This document shows, one piece after another, positions 28,101 to 37,713 of a DNA stretch of 64,000 nt. Under the pieces are notes generated by a model. That model made no database searches. It had not been told where the DNA came from and worked only from the letters and a program-made list of their open reading frames with translations. Origin of the DNA: Tubiluchus corallicola (taxonomy: Eukaryota; Animalia; Priapulida); assembly GCA_030141605.1 (NCBI GenBank), contig JAQGDQ010000885.1, forward strand, positions 1-64,000. The letters are read 5' to 3'. A program made the translations under genes and the position numbers. Position 1 is the first letter of the stretch. Each line of letters opens with the position of its first letter.

Positions 28101-29566
28101 TTAAATACAATCCCTGTTTTGCCAACATTGTTGTACACCGCTACATCCTGGCTAGATTCAAAAATACAGGCTTTCGACGACCTTATATATATGATATACT
28201 CAAAACAGCCGTAGGTGTTAAATACAATCCGCCAAAAACTGAATTAGAATTAATATGTGGTTTACCAATAATCGATATACAGTTCTTGTCTATTGTCAGC
28301 GAATTTTTAATGAAAGCATTAGATAAACCAGAGGAAGATGTAGTTAGGTGTGAAATTCAACTTACTGATCAGCTGCGTAATCTGGGCTTTAATCATTAAT
28401 CTTTTATCATTTTAATCATTTATCATTTTATCACTTTAATCATTTTTTGGCTAATCACATAGCAAAGGCTAAATTGTTTTTAACGATTAAAAAAGGTTGT
28501 AGAAATTGCTCGTAATGATACGTTGACGGTCGGTAATTTGGACAACGCAAACTTCAAATATAATAAAAATGAACTGGACAAATACATCAAAGTTTTATGG
28601 ATAGAAAAATAGAACACGTAAACCAGTTGACCGGTAATCCACGAGAGTTAATTCCTGTATTTACAACACCGTTAGATACAGCAGTCAGTAAATATGACAG
28701 ATTTATAGAAACAAGTGCCTTAGCTCTTCTACTTGGAAGAGGTTGCAAATCATTTAAATACAGGATAGGTATAACTGATTCAGATCTGTGTGTATGCGAT
28801 TTGGGCAGTCAAACCCCCAGAACATTTAATTTTTCATTGTCCGTTACCATGTGTTAGACAAGATATAAGAGTGAATCTCGAACGCAGCTTAGAAAACAAT
28901 GACATTCGAAACATTTACAGAAAGAGAGACACTAATGTAACTAAAATGTACATAGATATTGTAAAAGAACTAACCCAAAATGATCTTATAGTAAATTGAT
29001 TATAAATATTGGATATATATTTAGAATAAGTAAATTGTAATGCAAAATTGTCAGCTTGTTTCGCAAGAAATTAATTTAATTTACATAGTGTAAAGACTCA
29101 TTTTTGTACTTTTGTGCCCTGCAAATAGAGGGCTTATTGTATAATTTTCAATAAAGATTTTTAATAATAATAATCTGTAGACAAAGAAATCATGAACTTG
29201 ACTAACCTATTCATGCAGGCAGTGGACTAACTGTGAAATATTACTTTTGTTTAAAAACTGGCCAGGGCCTGCACAAAACATAGATGCACCCAGCAACAAT
29301 TTAGATATTTTTCTAAAAAGTTTATGAAAATGTTATCATTTCCATTTTTTCTTGTATTTTGCTTTTATGTTTTAATTACCGTTTCATGTTTAAATCATCA
29401 AACCTAAACAAAGCAAAGACTGTTCTGCTAAACAGCCTAACAAACTCTTGAGACCAACCAGTAAATTAAATAGCAAAAGAGTAACTTACTTAGCAGCCGT
29501 AGTTTCACGACATGTCAAACAAACAATTGCTATCAGAAACAAGTGGAATGCGCGAATTCTTGCCAT
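4007..29566 (-). CDS. CD109: Thioester-containing protein (CD109/invertebrate TEP-like, alpha-2-macroglobulin superfamily), 32 coding exons, about 1475 aa
   Basis: Spliced by hand with GT-AG junctions and consistent phase. Exons: 29490-29566, 25371-25504, 24802-24893, 24066-24237, 22893-23015, 22149-22222, 21953-21992, 21580-21664, 20921-21005, 20575-20778, 19783-19901, 19294-19462, 18512-18622, 18331-18393, 17601-17789, 16024-16173, 15259-15466, 14710-14845, 12616-12733, 10852-11058, 10584-10712, 10128-10458, 9847-9928, 8530-8689, 8237-8317, 7893-8082, 6679-6884, 6238-6387, 5951-6123, 5597-5759, 4859-4964, 4007-4107 (sum 4428 nt). A2M-family motifs occur in order: [84 protein letters not shown]. 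The symbol is family-level (CD109-like). Confidence 0.93.
5154..5524 (-). mobile_element. Solo LTR, family A (TG...CA)
   Basis: TGTTGTG...CACAACA termini; 5-bp TSD TTTTC; TATATAA followed by AATAAA on the minus strand. Confidence 0.75.
5597..5759 (-). CDS. CD109: TEP exon 30, receptor-binding (MG8) domain
   Basis: [21 protein letters not shown]...VNIYYNQ. Confidence 0.92.
6679..6884 (-). CDS. CD109: TEP exon 27, thioester domain
   Basis: [13 protein letters not shown]...[18 protein letters not shown]. Confidence 0.93.
6976..7450. mobile_element. hAT-type non-autonomous element
   Basis: TIR caggggtgtgcaaa / tttgcacactcctg; TSD gtttaaa(a/g); ggcccgcgggcc subterminal motif. Confidence 0.82.
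8530..8689 (-). CDS. CD109: TEP exon 24, thioester domain with catalytic His
   Basis: [12 protein letters not shown]...[25 protein letters not shown]. Confidence 0.93.
9476..9834 (-). mobile_element. Family-B LTR-like element
   Basis: Closely similar to 21094-21452 over the full length. Confidence 0.68.
10128..10458 (-). CDS. CD109: TEP exon 22, thioester motif
   Basis: PEG...[35 protein letters not shown]. Confidence 0.96.
11326..12059 (+). mobile_element. Small LTR-element remnant (TRIM-like)
   Basis: About 110-bp direct repeats beginning TGTTACG at 11326 and 11950; the second is preceded by a purine tract agaggagggtag. Confidence 0.5.
13520..14055 (-). pseudogene. Gypsy-type LTR retrotransposon integrase remnant
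   Basis: [15 protein letters not shown]...[16 protein letters not shown]...[29 protein letters not shown], then [15 protein letters not shown]; in-frame stop and frameshifts. Confidence 0.88.
14054..14134. repeat. (TAT)n microsatellite
   Basis: Directly visible in the sequence. Confidence 0.85.
14710..14845 (-). CDS. CD109: TEP exon 18, bait-like region and FPESWLW
   Basis: [45 protein letters not shown]. Confidence 0.9.
15259..15466 (-). CDS. CD109: TEP exon 17, linker with furin-type RKKR site
   Basis: VLDDVRGYG...[16 protein letters not shown]...[10 protein letters not shown]. Confidence 0.88.
16336..16671 (-). mobile_element. Solo LTR, family A, with an internal deletion
   Basis: Same family; imperfect TSD attac/attat. 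Confidence 0.72.
19937..20470. mobile_element. Tc1/mariner-superfamily MITE
   Basis: 23-bp perfect TIR ccgtatatactcgcatataagcc; TA TSD; subterminal tataagccgacc repeats. Confidence 0.88.
21094..21452 (-). mobile_element. Solo LTR-like element, family B (AGT...ACT termini)
   Basis: AGTAAA...TTTACT inverted ends; perfect 5-bp TSD GCAAG; TATA followed by AATAAA on the minus strand. Confidence 0.68.
22317..22583. mobile_element. Possible degenerate MITE
   Basis: Imperfect TIR atgggcgtacgggc / gcccatacgcatat; flanks share tgctag. Confidence 0.4.
24066..24237 (-). CDS. CD109: TEP exon 4 (MG1/MG2)
   Basis: ...[18 protein letters not shown], the canonical A2M MG2 motif. Confidence 0.9.
27238..27721. 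repeat. 69-bp minisatellite, 7 copies, inside the decayed RT
   Basis: Unit gataatgtgataatttgtttaagtggtgtaacatgtggcctatgaatattaattgggtcaccccaaggt. Confidence 0.95.
27997..28232. repeat. About 117-bp perfect tandem duplication within the decayed LINE
   Basis: ctgttttgccaacattgttgtacacc...gttaaatacaatcc occurs twice in tandem. Confidence 0.9.
29490..29566 (-). CDS. CD109: TEP exon 1, signal peptide
   Basis: [25 protein letters not shown] followed by a gtaagt donor; in phase with exon 2 ([14 protein letters not shown]). Confidence 0.8.
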
Positions 29567-29637
29567 AGTTATCAATTTTAGCAGTCACTTATAAAAGAGC
29601 ATACAGACTTCTTAAACACAGAGTATTTTAGTGTGGC

Positions 29638-29765
29638 TTTTATACATAAAGCACATATATATAATACTGCGGGATTCTGCAAAACACGCATCTCATTGGT
29701 CGCCATGCTAGTTTCTAAGAAGCAGTCATGACGCAAATGACTTTGGTTTTACTAGCCAATAGGCA
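29638..29765 (-). promoter_or_regulatory. Putative TEP core promoter
   Basis: TATAAAA on the minus strand (29638-29644), about 72 nt upstream of the ATG. CCAAT boxes near 29695 and 29756 and a TGACGCAA bZIP-type site near 29728. Confidence 0.45.
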
Positions 29766-31604
29766 GTAAGCAATGGACTGCGCGCGCATCTTTTGAATAA
29801 GGCGTCAAATTTCGTTGTTGACAAACAAGAATAGGATGTCAATAATATGTATCTCTATCCTGGTTAAACGTGAACTGTATCAAACCTGCATTTGTGGCTA
29901 GACGAAACTTGCTGTTCTTTGATGGTGAAATACGAGTGATGGAGCTCACAGCTAGATTTCATAATAAGACAGTTACAACCTATTCCACTTTAAAATACTA
30001 TAAGCAAATGAACAAATGCTATTTGCTACGTTATGAATGCTATGAAATTATGCTATTTGCTTTTGCTCTTTTAAGTGCAATTATTATTTTCTTTTAACAA
30101 GACTTAACTTTTTAACAGAGAAAAGAAAATATTGAGTTGATGTAATGCAACATACGATTGTTAATAGATTAAAAATAGAAAATAATAAAAGATAAAAAAA
30201 TTTAACTAAACTAAACTATTATGTTGGTCCTTTCGGGTAAATTTATCGTTTATAGTCATTTTGACAATGTTTTACAATGGTGTTGATGACGATGATAAAT
30301 CTAAATTAGTGTACAACATACGTGTACAATGCCTCTTTTGCAGGTGAACTTAAACACATATATTTGTATGTTTGTAACAAGTTTGACACGATGTACAGAG
30401 CAATATTGATGCTAACAACTGATTATGTTATAAAATCGCAATTAATGTAATTATTTTAATGACAAGCTGTAACAATATTATTTATATTAGTTTTATTATC
30501 ACCACTGTGCATGAAATTCAGTGATAGCAAATCCATGATATTAGCAATTTTCTATTAGCGCAGTGCTTAGTCGATTTATTTACTAAAGTGAAATTATAAA
30601 ATTGTCTTAAGAAATTTACAAATTGTTTTAGCAGTAACTTGTTTCTATCTAAGTAAACTTTATTCATAGTGCCTTCCTGTAAGTAAACTGTAGTAGCCTT
30701 TTTCTTGAGGCACGATTCAAAACGTAAAATGAAATTTAATACTAAACGCAATAGGACAAAACAGGTTAACAAAATAATAATAATAATGATAATCAGTCAG
30801 TTCTTATGAAACATTTCAAGTAAAAATTTATTCAAGACATCAATTCAACTGATTTGATCGGTTGATTGGTCGTTCATTAACTAGCATATAGGCACAACTG
30901 CATTACGACGAAAACGCTTTTACGCAAGCGTTAGTGTTCTTGTTTGATATAATTTTTTGCTATGAGTTAAATTCCGTTTTGCATTGCTTGTGAAAACTTC
31001 CTTTTATTCTGAGTGTAATTGCATTTTTGCTTTGAGTAGATTTTTGTTGTGTTTGTTTGATGTTATTTTTTGCTCTACATTGAATTTCATTAATTTTTTG
31101 CTTGATGTTATGCTTTGAATTGCATTTCTGCTTTGAATTCATTTTTGTTGCTTTTGCCTTTTATATGTGCACAAACACCTAAAAATGTCAAGAGCCTGTG
31201 AGTAAACTTGTATTTTTAATAAGGGGCAGCTGACCAAGTGACCAATTGGTCTTTCGCTGCTCCTTCTCAGCTGCAATGAAATGTAAATATAATTATGACA
31301 AATTCTAACTGCTATTGAGAAAATTAAAATAAAAAAATGGATCTCGGAGAGCGAACTCTTTACGCAGATTCGGAAATGCAGAGGGCCAGAGTCGCGAGTA
31401 AGTAACTGGGGTGGCTGCAGGTCAAAGGACAACCGGACAAAGAATCACCCCACACCAGTGGATGCGCTGACAACAGCTTTAGTGAAATGCAACAATCCAA
31501 GGGATCAAGGACACTGGGCATCGGTCAGGTTTTCGATTTTCTCCTAACGCTTTGAGTTAAATATATTGTTTTTAATAAGTGTTTATGTAATGTGGGTAGA
31601 TGTG

Positions 31605-31759
31605 AATATCGTGCGCCGAGCTTCGACGCCTACACCTCGGTTTTGAATCACTTGCTCACGTGACACCTGTCCTTAACTGGGCTTCATGCCAGCATTCATC
31701 AACATAATTATCTATGATAATCTAACGTTATTAACATAATTTAACAGCTGCTCTTTACT
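31605..31759 (-). mobile_element. Partial family-B element
   Basis: Matches the end of 9476-9834 (gagcttcgac...ctctttact). Confidence 0.6.
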
Positions 31760-31973
31760 CTAGTCACGGATGTGATCGCAGATGTACACACCTCCACGAT
31801 CAATTTTGCATAGAAAGACGATATTTATTTTCCCTGCTCTCTAATAACAAAGCACTGTATTGCATGCGGGGCAAAATAAGTCCAGATATCTACATGTAGT
31901 GCAAACAGGAGTTCAAGTGGACAAAGTCATCAAAGGATTATAACAATATTATTACAATTCTGATGGCCTCAAT

Positions 31974-32302
31974 CTTCTTCTTCTTCTTCTTCCCAGCTTT
32001 TCCCTATGCGGGGTCGTCATTGTGAATGAGTCTTCTCTACGCATTCCTGTTGTTGACCATCTCTTCATTTATGTTCTTCTCTCTAAGGTCTCCATTAATA
32101 CATTCAAACCATCTCAGCTTGGGTCGTCCTCTTCTTCTATTTCCCATCACTTCCATTTCCATGACCTCCCTTCCCACATGATCTTCCCCGACTCTTCTTT
32201 TGAGGTGTCCATATCATCGCAATCTTGCCTCTTGTATCTTTTTCGAGGCTTCCACTACTTTCACTGTTCCTCTGATATTACTATTCCTGATTTTATCTCT
32301 TC
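31974..32302 (-). mobile_element. 5'-truncated RTE-type LINE 3' end with (GAA)n tail and TSD
   Basis: Minus strand encodes MEVMGNRRRGRPKLRWFECINGDL; (GAA)n tail; flanking 15-bp repeat tctgatggcct(c/t)aat at 31959 and 32303. Confidence 0.8.
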
Positions 32303-32565
32303 TCTGATGGCCTTAATAATAAAGGCGACTAAGGCGTAAAATTTTCTTAGTCCCCAAAACGGTGAAATGTTAATTTATTATTTTTCAAAGTAAGCAACTG
32401 AACAAGGAATTTGTTATAAATCGTTGTTCTGTCTATGTATCAATTGTTTTTAGTAATTTAAGTAAGTTTTTTTGATTGCGATTCCAGTACGCGTACATGT
32501 CTTCTGCACACCGTAAATAGGATTTTAATAGCAGAACAGCAGTCCATAAATTCAACTTTTTCAAT

Positions 32566-32842
32566 TCAATGTTCTGAAACAAAACTTCTAGAAACTTCTC
32601 GGACACGCTATATAAGGCGAAGCAGGCCACTGAGTCAGACACACGGACGCCATTTACACATTCTCTTGTATACTTACATTTTCAGATACACTCAAACATT
32701 GTCCAGATTTTCACGTTTAGTGTAAACATTTCGCGTTCCTTCATACTTTTGTGTTGTAGAATTCTCGCTTAATAAACTAGTTTAATTTGACGGCGTTTTC
32801 TGGTTTTCTCTACGAGCCTTCCGAGAGAAACAAAACACAACA
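32566..32842 (+). mobile_element. Partial family-A LTR, opposite orientation
   Basis: Reverse complement of family A, ending CACAACA. Confidence 0.72.
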
Positions 32843-32963
32843 TTTGCTTATGCTTCTTATTTGTGAAATTATCTACATACAAAATTTCCTGAAAACTACA
32901 ACCTCCCTCGGTGCCGGCTCTAGGTAGTTTGACGCCCTAGGTAAGTCAACCTCTAGTCAATGG

Positions 32964-33364
32964 TAGAGGTGAGCATTCTCTACCAGAAAGCGAATTCGAA
33001 TCAAACCGAATTTGTGACTTTCGATTTCGAATCGAACCGAACTTCAGTGTTTCGAATTCGAACCGAATTCGAATTGAGATTGAACGATTTTCGAACAAGT
33101 TTTCGATCCACCAGTAAGAATTAGTCTTACAAAGATCATGCATATCACTAGATTTTGTTCTGCAATAAAATGACTAGTAATTTGTTTAAAATTGTGCACA
33201 GAAATCACAGCTAAATTATGCTAACTGCATTGATGTTTCAATCGTTTTAGTGATAAAGAACATATGTGATTGAAGTGCTGAATTATTTAAATCTATAGTT
33301 TTGGATTCGAATCGAGTTCGAACTAAAATCTCGTTCGAACTCGAACGTTCGATGCTCACCCCTA
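32964..33364. mobile_element. hAT-type MITE rich in TTCGAA
   Basis: TIR tagaggtgagcat / atgctcaccccta; TSD gtcaa(t/c)gg; many subterminal ttcgaa. Confidence 0.8.
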
Positions 33365-33634
33365 GTCAACGGTCAGCCTCTTCCCCACGGTTCCCGCCAC
33401 ACGCGAAAATTAAATGTTTCTTGTATAATATTGTAATTAAGTCCAATGTTACCTGTTTGTTAGGCTTATACGTGTATTATGTGTACTAATTAAGTGTAGC
33501 TTGTTACTTATGCTGGGATTGATTTAAATTGAATTCATGACGCCATTGTATGTACTGGGTCTTCAGGAGCAATTGCATTTCTGTCACTTTTGGCTGGGTT
33601 CCCCCCAACCTTTTCATTAGAAGATTTTTGAAAC

Positions 33635-33872
33635 AGTAAAGAGAACCTGTTAAATTATGCTAAGAGCAGTAGATTATGATAAATAATTATGTTGATAGAT
33701 GCTGGTATGATGAAGCCAGTTAAGGAGTGGTGTCACCCGATTACGTGATCTAAGAATTGAGGCATTCGGCATCGTGCACGATATATAAGGTGTGCGAGGC
33801 CTCCAGCTCGAGAATTCAGTCTCAGATTGAGTCTGGGAGCGGGAGCGAACTGACTGTAATATCAGGGGCCTT
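33635..33872 (+). mobile_element. 5' part of a family-B LTR-like element, fused to the start of duplication unit A
   Basis: Starts AGTAAAGAG; TATATAA at about 33782; joined to unit A at about 33875. Confidence 0.65.
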
Positions 33873-34038
33873 AAGCAAAGCAGCGTCATTCTGGTTTATA
33901 CTTTCAGCGTGTAAACTTGAACGTGAATCGACGAAAGAGATCTGCAAATTTTATTATCACTATTTTATTTTATTTTATTTTATTTTATTGTTCATATATA
34001 CTTGTGTGTGTGTTTTTCTTTCTTTTTTGTTTTTGCAG

Positions 34039-34065
34039 ATTTCTTTTGCACTGCCTGCCGCTAAG
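34039..34065 (+). other. Putative 27-nt non-coding 5'-UTR micro-exon of cadherin copy A (also present near 43915 and 61284)
   Basis: Long pyrimidine tract + ttttgcag | 27 nt | gtgagt. A further candidate UTR exon at 35180-35319 (ttttttcag / gtgagt) and an acceptor tttcttgatag at 35391, just before the ATG. Confidence 0.5.
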
Positions 34066-34174
34066 GTGAGTGATATTTTAATTACCAGACGCTTTCATGA
34101 ACTATTGATTTATTTTAAAGATTGGGAAGATTGAACACAGTTGTAGGCAGGCAGTATTATGAGTCATTTTCAAA

Positions 34175-34300
34175 AAGAGGCAGAGAGAGAGAGCGAGAGA
34201 GAGAGAGCGAGAGAGAATGAGAGAGAGAGAGCAAGAGAGGGAGAGAGAAAGAGAGAGCAATTAAGAGCGGGGGGAGTAAGAGAGGAAGAGGGGGAGAGAG

Positions 34301-34336
<36 letters not shown>

Positions 34337-34360
34337 AGCAAGAGACAGAGAGAGAGTAAG

Positions 34361-34414
<54 letters not shown>

Positions 34415-34607
34415 TGAGTAAGAGAGAGAGGGGGGGAGAGAGCAGAGAGAGAGAGAGAGAGAGAGAGAAAGGGAGAGGGCGAGAGAGAGAGAGAGAGATA
34501 GAGAGAGAGACAGAGAAAGCAAGAGAGTGAGAGGGAGTAAGAGAGAGAGAGAGGGGGAGAGAGCAAGAGAGAGAGACAGAGAGATACAGAGAGACAAAGA
34601 GAGAGAG

Positions 34608-34659
<52 letters not shown>

Positions 34660-34680
34660 TGCAAGAGAGAGAGAGAGACA
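34175..34680. repeat. Compound (GA)n microsatellite, unit A
   Basis: Directly visible; same interrupting motifs as in units B and C. Confidence 0.95.
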
Positions 34681-35397
34681 ATGGATTGTACTTGCAAATT
34701 ATATCTGTGAGCTTATTATAATCTGGGAAGCAGTAAGCAAAATTGTGTAGAATGTCCGTGCATTATTGATCAAGGGTGGATGGGTGTAACAGCATTTGCT
34801 ATAGCACACAGTATCGACTTTGTACAAAATTGTCTTGCATGGTTTTACTATGATGCAGTCTGTAGGCGTTGGTGCTGTAGGTTGTCATTATTGATGTCGA
34901 CATCATCATCATAGTCATCAACATCATCATCACCATGTGATGTGGTGGGTGTCCTGTGGTGGTGTGCAGTGGGTATTGTGCTGTGGATGATGTGGTGGGG
35001 TGGTAAGGTATGTGAGGTATAGGCGGAGCGGTGTGTGTAGAGTGGTGTGGTGTTGATGGTGTGGTGTGCATTGTAGTGTAGTGTGGGTGGCGTGTTGTGA
35101 GTGGTGCAGTGGGTTATTAACAATCAAAAATGTCAGGCCACGCATCCATTTGTAGGGTTGTCGTTGTTACTTTTTTCAGAATGCTTTCAGACTAAAAGAA
35201 AAATGTAATTTTAAATTACAGAATTTCAACAGTGCCGTCACAATGATAGTCGTGGAAACAATAAAGCAAAAATGACAAATTCGAATGGAATAGAATTTCG
35301 AATGGAACTGTGTAACAAAGTGAGTTTTGGAGAAGAAATGTGTCAATGAATATGCTGCAGTTAGCAATGAGCGAGCAACATTTCTTGATAGAGTGAC

Positions 35398-37713
35398 ATG
35401 GAATGCAAACTATTTGAACTGCTGTTCTTACTTTTTACAATTGCGAGATTCAGCTTAGGTGAATACATAAAAGGGCGCATCACAGGCGGCAGGGCACCTC
35501 GAAAAGCATGCCTCCGTGCAAATTATGACCAGGTCTACAAAATGACAGTTGCGGAAAAGTTATTTAAGAGAGGAAACAGAATGTATTTGGGTATTAGGGA
35601 CTATTGGGATACAAATAAAATAAAATATGGAGTACCTTACCTTACTGAAGCAACAATAAACGGTATGCGTACTGACCATCGGTTGTTTTGGGCAGGAACT
35701 GACAGGTCATGGAAAACAGTAACACCGGGTCCTTATATAGAGTACACGGCAAATACAAAAATTGAGAGTTATCTGTTACAATATAAACGTAATCAACTTC
35801 AACAGGAAAAACCAAAGCTTTTATTGAGGTTTAAATGCTTAGGATGCTGGGAATATCGGACCGTTTGGTCATCGTACTGTGATGCCAGCAAACCTGACCT
35901 TTGGATTGAAATTACACTAACCCTTGTAATAGTGCCCGAGGATCAATATCCTCCTACATTTGACTTCAACTCCGGCAGGATACTATCTCTTGCCGAAGAC
36001 ACTCCAATTGGCTCGCAATTGTGGAAATTTCAAGCCGAAGACTTGGACGGATTTTCATACGTAAGGAATTTTATCATATGCATGGGCGAATTTGTGAAAT
36101 CACCTGGCAAGTTTAACTGCACGGGAGAGGAATATTTTCAAGGTAAAACTACAGAAGAGGATGTTAGCTCTTATCAACCAACAAAGAAACTTGACTTTTC
36201 TGTTTATCTGAAGAAGAAAGTACACTACGAATTCACGAAAAATCTCAAGTTAAATCTCTGGTTGATACCCAAGATCAAGTTCAGAAAACCACAAACTGAT
36301 CCGAATGCTTGGCCATCTTTTAGAGGGCCTAGAAAACTTAGCCTTGATGTTAGTATAGATAATGCAAATAACGAGAATCCCAAATTTTCTCACTATCTGT
36401 ATCAGGTCAGATTGGATGAAATGAATTTTGTCGGACCACTGAAAGTTGAACCAGCAAAGATTGAAGCAAAAGACAAAGATGGACTAGGAAATGTTGTGAT
36501 TTTCTCTTTTCCGTATCCAAGCCAAATAGAAAACAAATTTAAAATAGATGAAGCAAATGGTGAAATTACGGCTGTTAAACATCTTCCTGCATCAGTTGTT
36601 TACCACACTCTTGTTCAAGCAACAGAACGTGATGATGCTACACATTATGACAGAGCACTCTTATCTGTTGAAGTCAGACAAAATGCCGTAAATTTCAAAA
36701 TAAAAAGTTTTTCAGTCGATGTGTTTGAACACGAACCTGATGACACAATGATATTATTAGTGCCTGCTCTTATTGGTAATTCAGAAATGCAAGTCTCCTA
36801 TACATTAAAGACAAAGCAGGGTGTGGCGGTAAATGACTTTAGTTTAATCGTAAATAAACTGCAAAATGCAAGTACATCAATCTTAGGTCTGGTTATAGCT
36901 TCAAAGCTAAATGAAGGCATTAAAGATCGCTATGAACTTGCTGTAAAGGTTCACAATACTGAAACACATAGGCAAGTAGGAACTGTTGATGTTACTGTTG
37001 ATGTGAGAGAAGCAGCACTGAAAAGTCCCATGTTTGTTCAAAATTCCTACGTGTTCAACAGTACAGGAGTTGCTGGATCATATATTGGTCAAGTAAAAGC
37101 AACGTTTGAAACTCACAATAATGCGCAGATTTTATACACAATTTTAAGCTACAAAAATATCGCTCGAATTAACCCTGAAGGAAAGATTACACTGAATGTA
37201 GACGCAACAGGAAAGATGGCGGTTGGCTTAAGTGCTTGCATGGCTGGATCAAATAGCAAAAATCCATGTGGATATGCTGTAGCAATAATTACATCACCGA
37301 CTGCAGGTAACTCAACATGGACTGACCCAGAACTGCTAGTGTCAAGCACACCAAGTGTTTCTTCTGGACTTGTACTAATGATTCTAGTTATTGTGGTATT
37401 GTTTGGTGTAATAGTTGTTCTATTGGTTTTTCTGATCAGACAAAGAAGGTCGGACATTAGCACTAGTTCTGGTGACGAGACAAAAAAGGAAGGTGCAGCA
37501 AAAGTCGCTTCTGCCAAGGGTGACAAAGCGGAGAAGGATGCTGAAATAGTTGTTGATTCATTTAATGAAGAAGAAATGGAAGAGCTTGCTGATACTGGTT
37601 TTACTTCAAATGAAAAGGTTTTAAAAAGATATGAAAAAGAAGATGGTGTGGAAACAGAAGATGTGTCACAAAAAAGAAGTGGCGCAGAAAAGCATACCGA
37701 TATTGAAACTTGA
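35398..37713 (+). CDS. Cadherin-related type I membrane protein, copy A (771 aa, C-terminally truncated)
   Basis: Signal peptide; about 160-aa N-terminal domain; about 4 degenerate cadherin repeats (DQYPPTF, LAEDTPIGS..AEDLD, NANNENPKF, IEAKDKDG, FKIDEANGEI, KSPMF); TM LVLMILVIVVLFGVIVVLLVFLI-RQRR; acidic tail. Single coding exon with AATAAA at about 37757. Confidence 0.85.
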   Translation: MECKLFELLFLLFTIARFSLGEYIKGRITGGRAPRKACLRANYDQVYKMTVAEKLFKRGNRMYLGIRDYWDTNKIKYGVPYLTEATINGMRTDHRLFWAGTDRSWKTVTPGPYIEYTANTKIESYLLQYKRNQLQQEKPKLLLRFKCLGCWEYRTVWSSYCDASKPDLWIEITLTLVIVPEDQYPPTFDFNSGRILSLAEDTPIGSQLWKFQAEDLDGFSYVRNFIICMGEFVKSPGKFNCTGEEYFQGKTTEEDVSSYQPTKKLDFSVYLKKKVHYEFTKNLKLNLWLIPKIKFRKPQTDPNAWPSFRGPRKLSLDVSIDNANNENPKFSHYLYQVRLDEMNFVGPLKVEPAKIEAKDKDGLGNVVIFSFPYPSQIENKFKIDEANGEITAVKHLPASVVYHTLVQATERDDATHYDRALLSVEVRQNAVNFKIKSFSVDVFEHEPDDTMILLVPALIGNSEMQVSYTLKTKQGVAVNDFSLIVNKLQNASTSILGLVIASKLNEGIKDRYELAVKVHNTETHRQVGTVDVTVDVREAALKSPMFVQNSYVFNSTGVAGSYIGQVKATFETHNNAQILYTILSYKNIARINPEGKITLNVDATGKMAVGLSACMAGSNSKNPCGYAVAIITSPTAGNSTWTDPELLVSSTPSVSSGLVLMILVIVVLFGVIVVLLVFLIRQRRSDISTSSGDETKKEGAAKVASAKGDKAEKDAEIVVDSFNEEEMEELADTGFTSNEKVLKRYEKEDGVETEDVSQKRSGAEKHTDIET

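Larger units (their letters stand above)
25840..29173 (+). mobile_element. Decayed 5'-truncated LINE of the same lineage, in TEP intron 1 (antisense to TEP)
   Basis: Frameshifted pieces align to ORF2 above ([61 protein letters not shown]). 3' UTR with AATAAA and a (TAA)n tail at 29161-29173. Confidence 0.9.
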
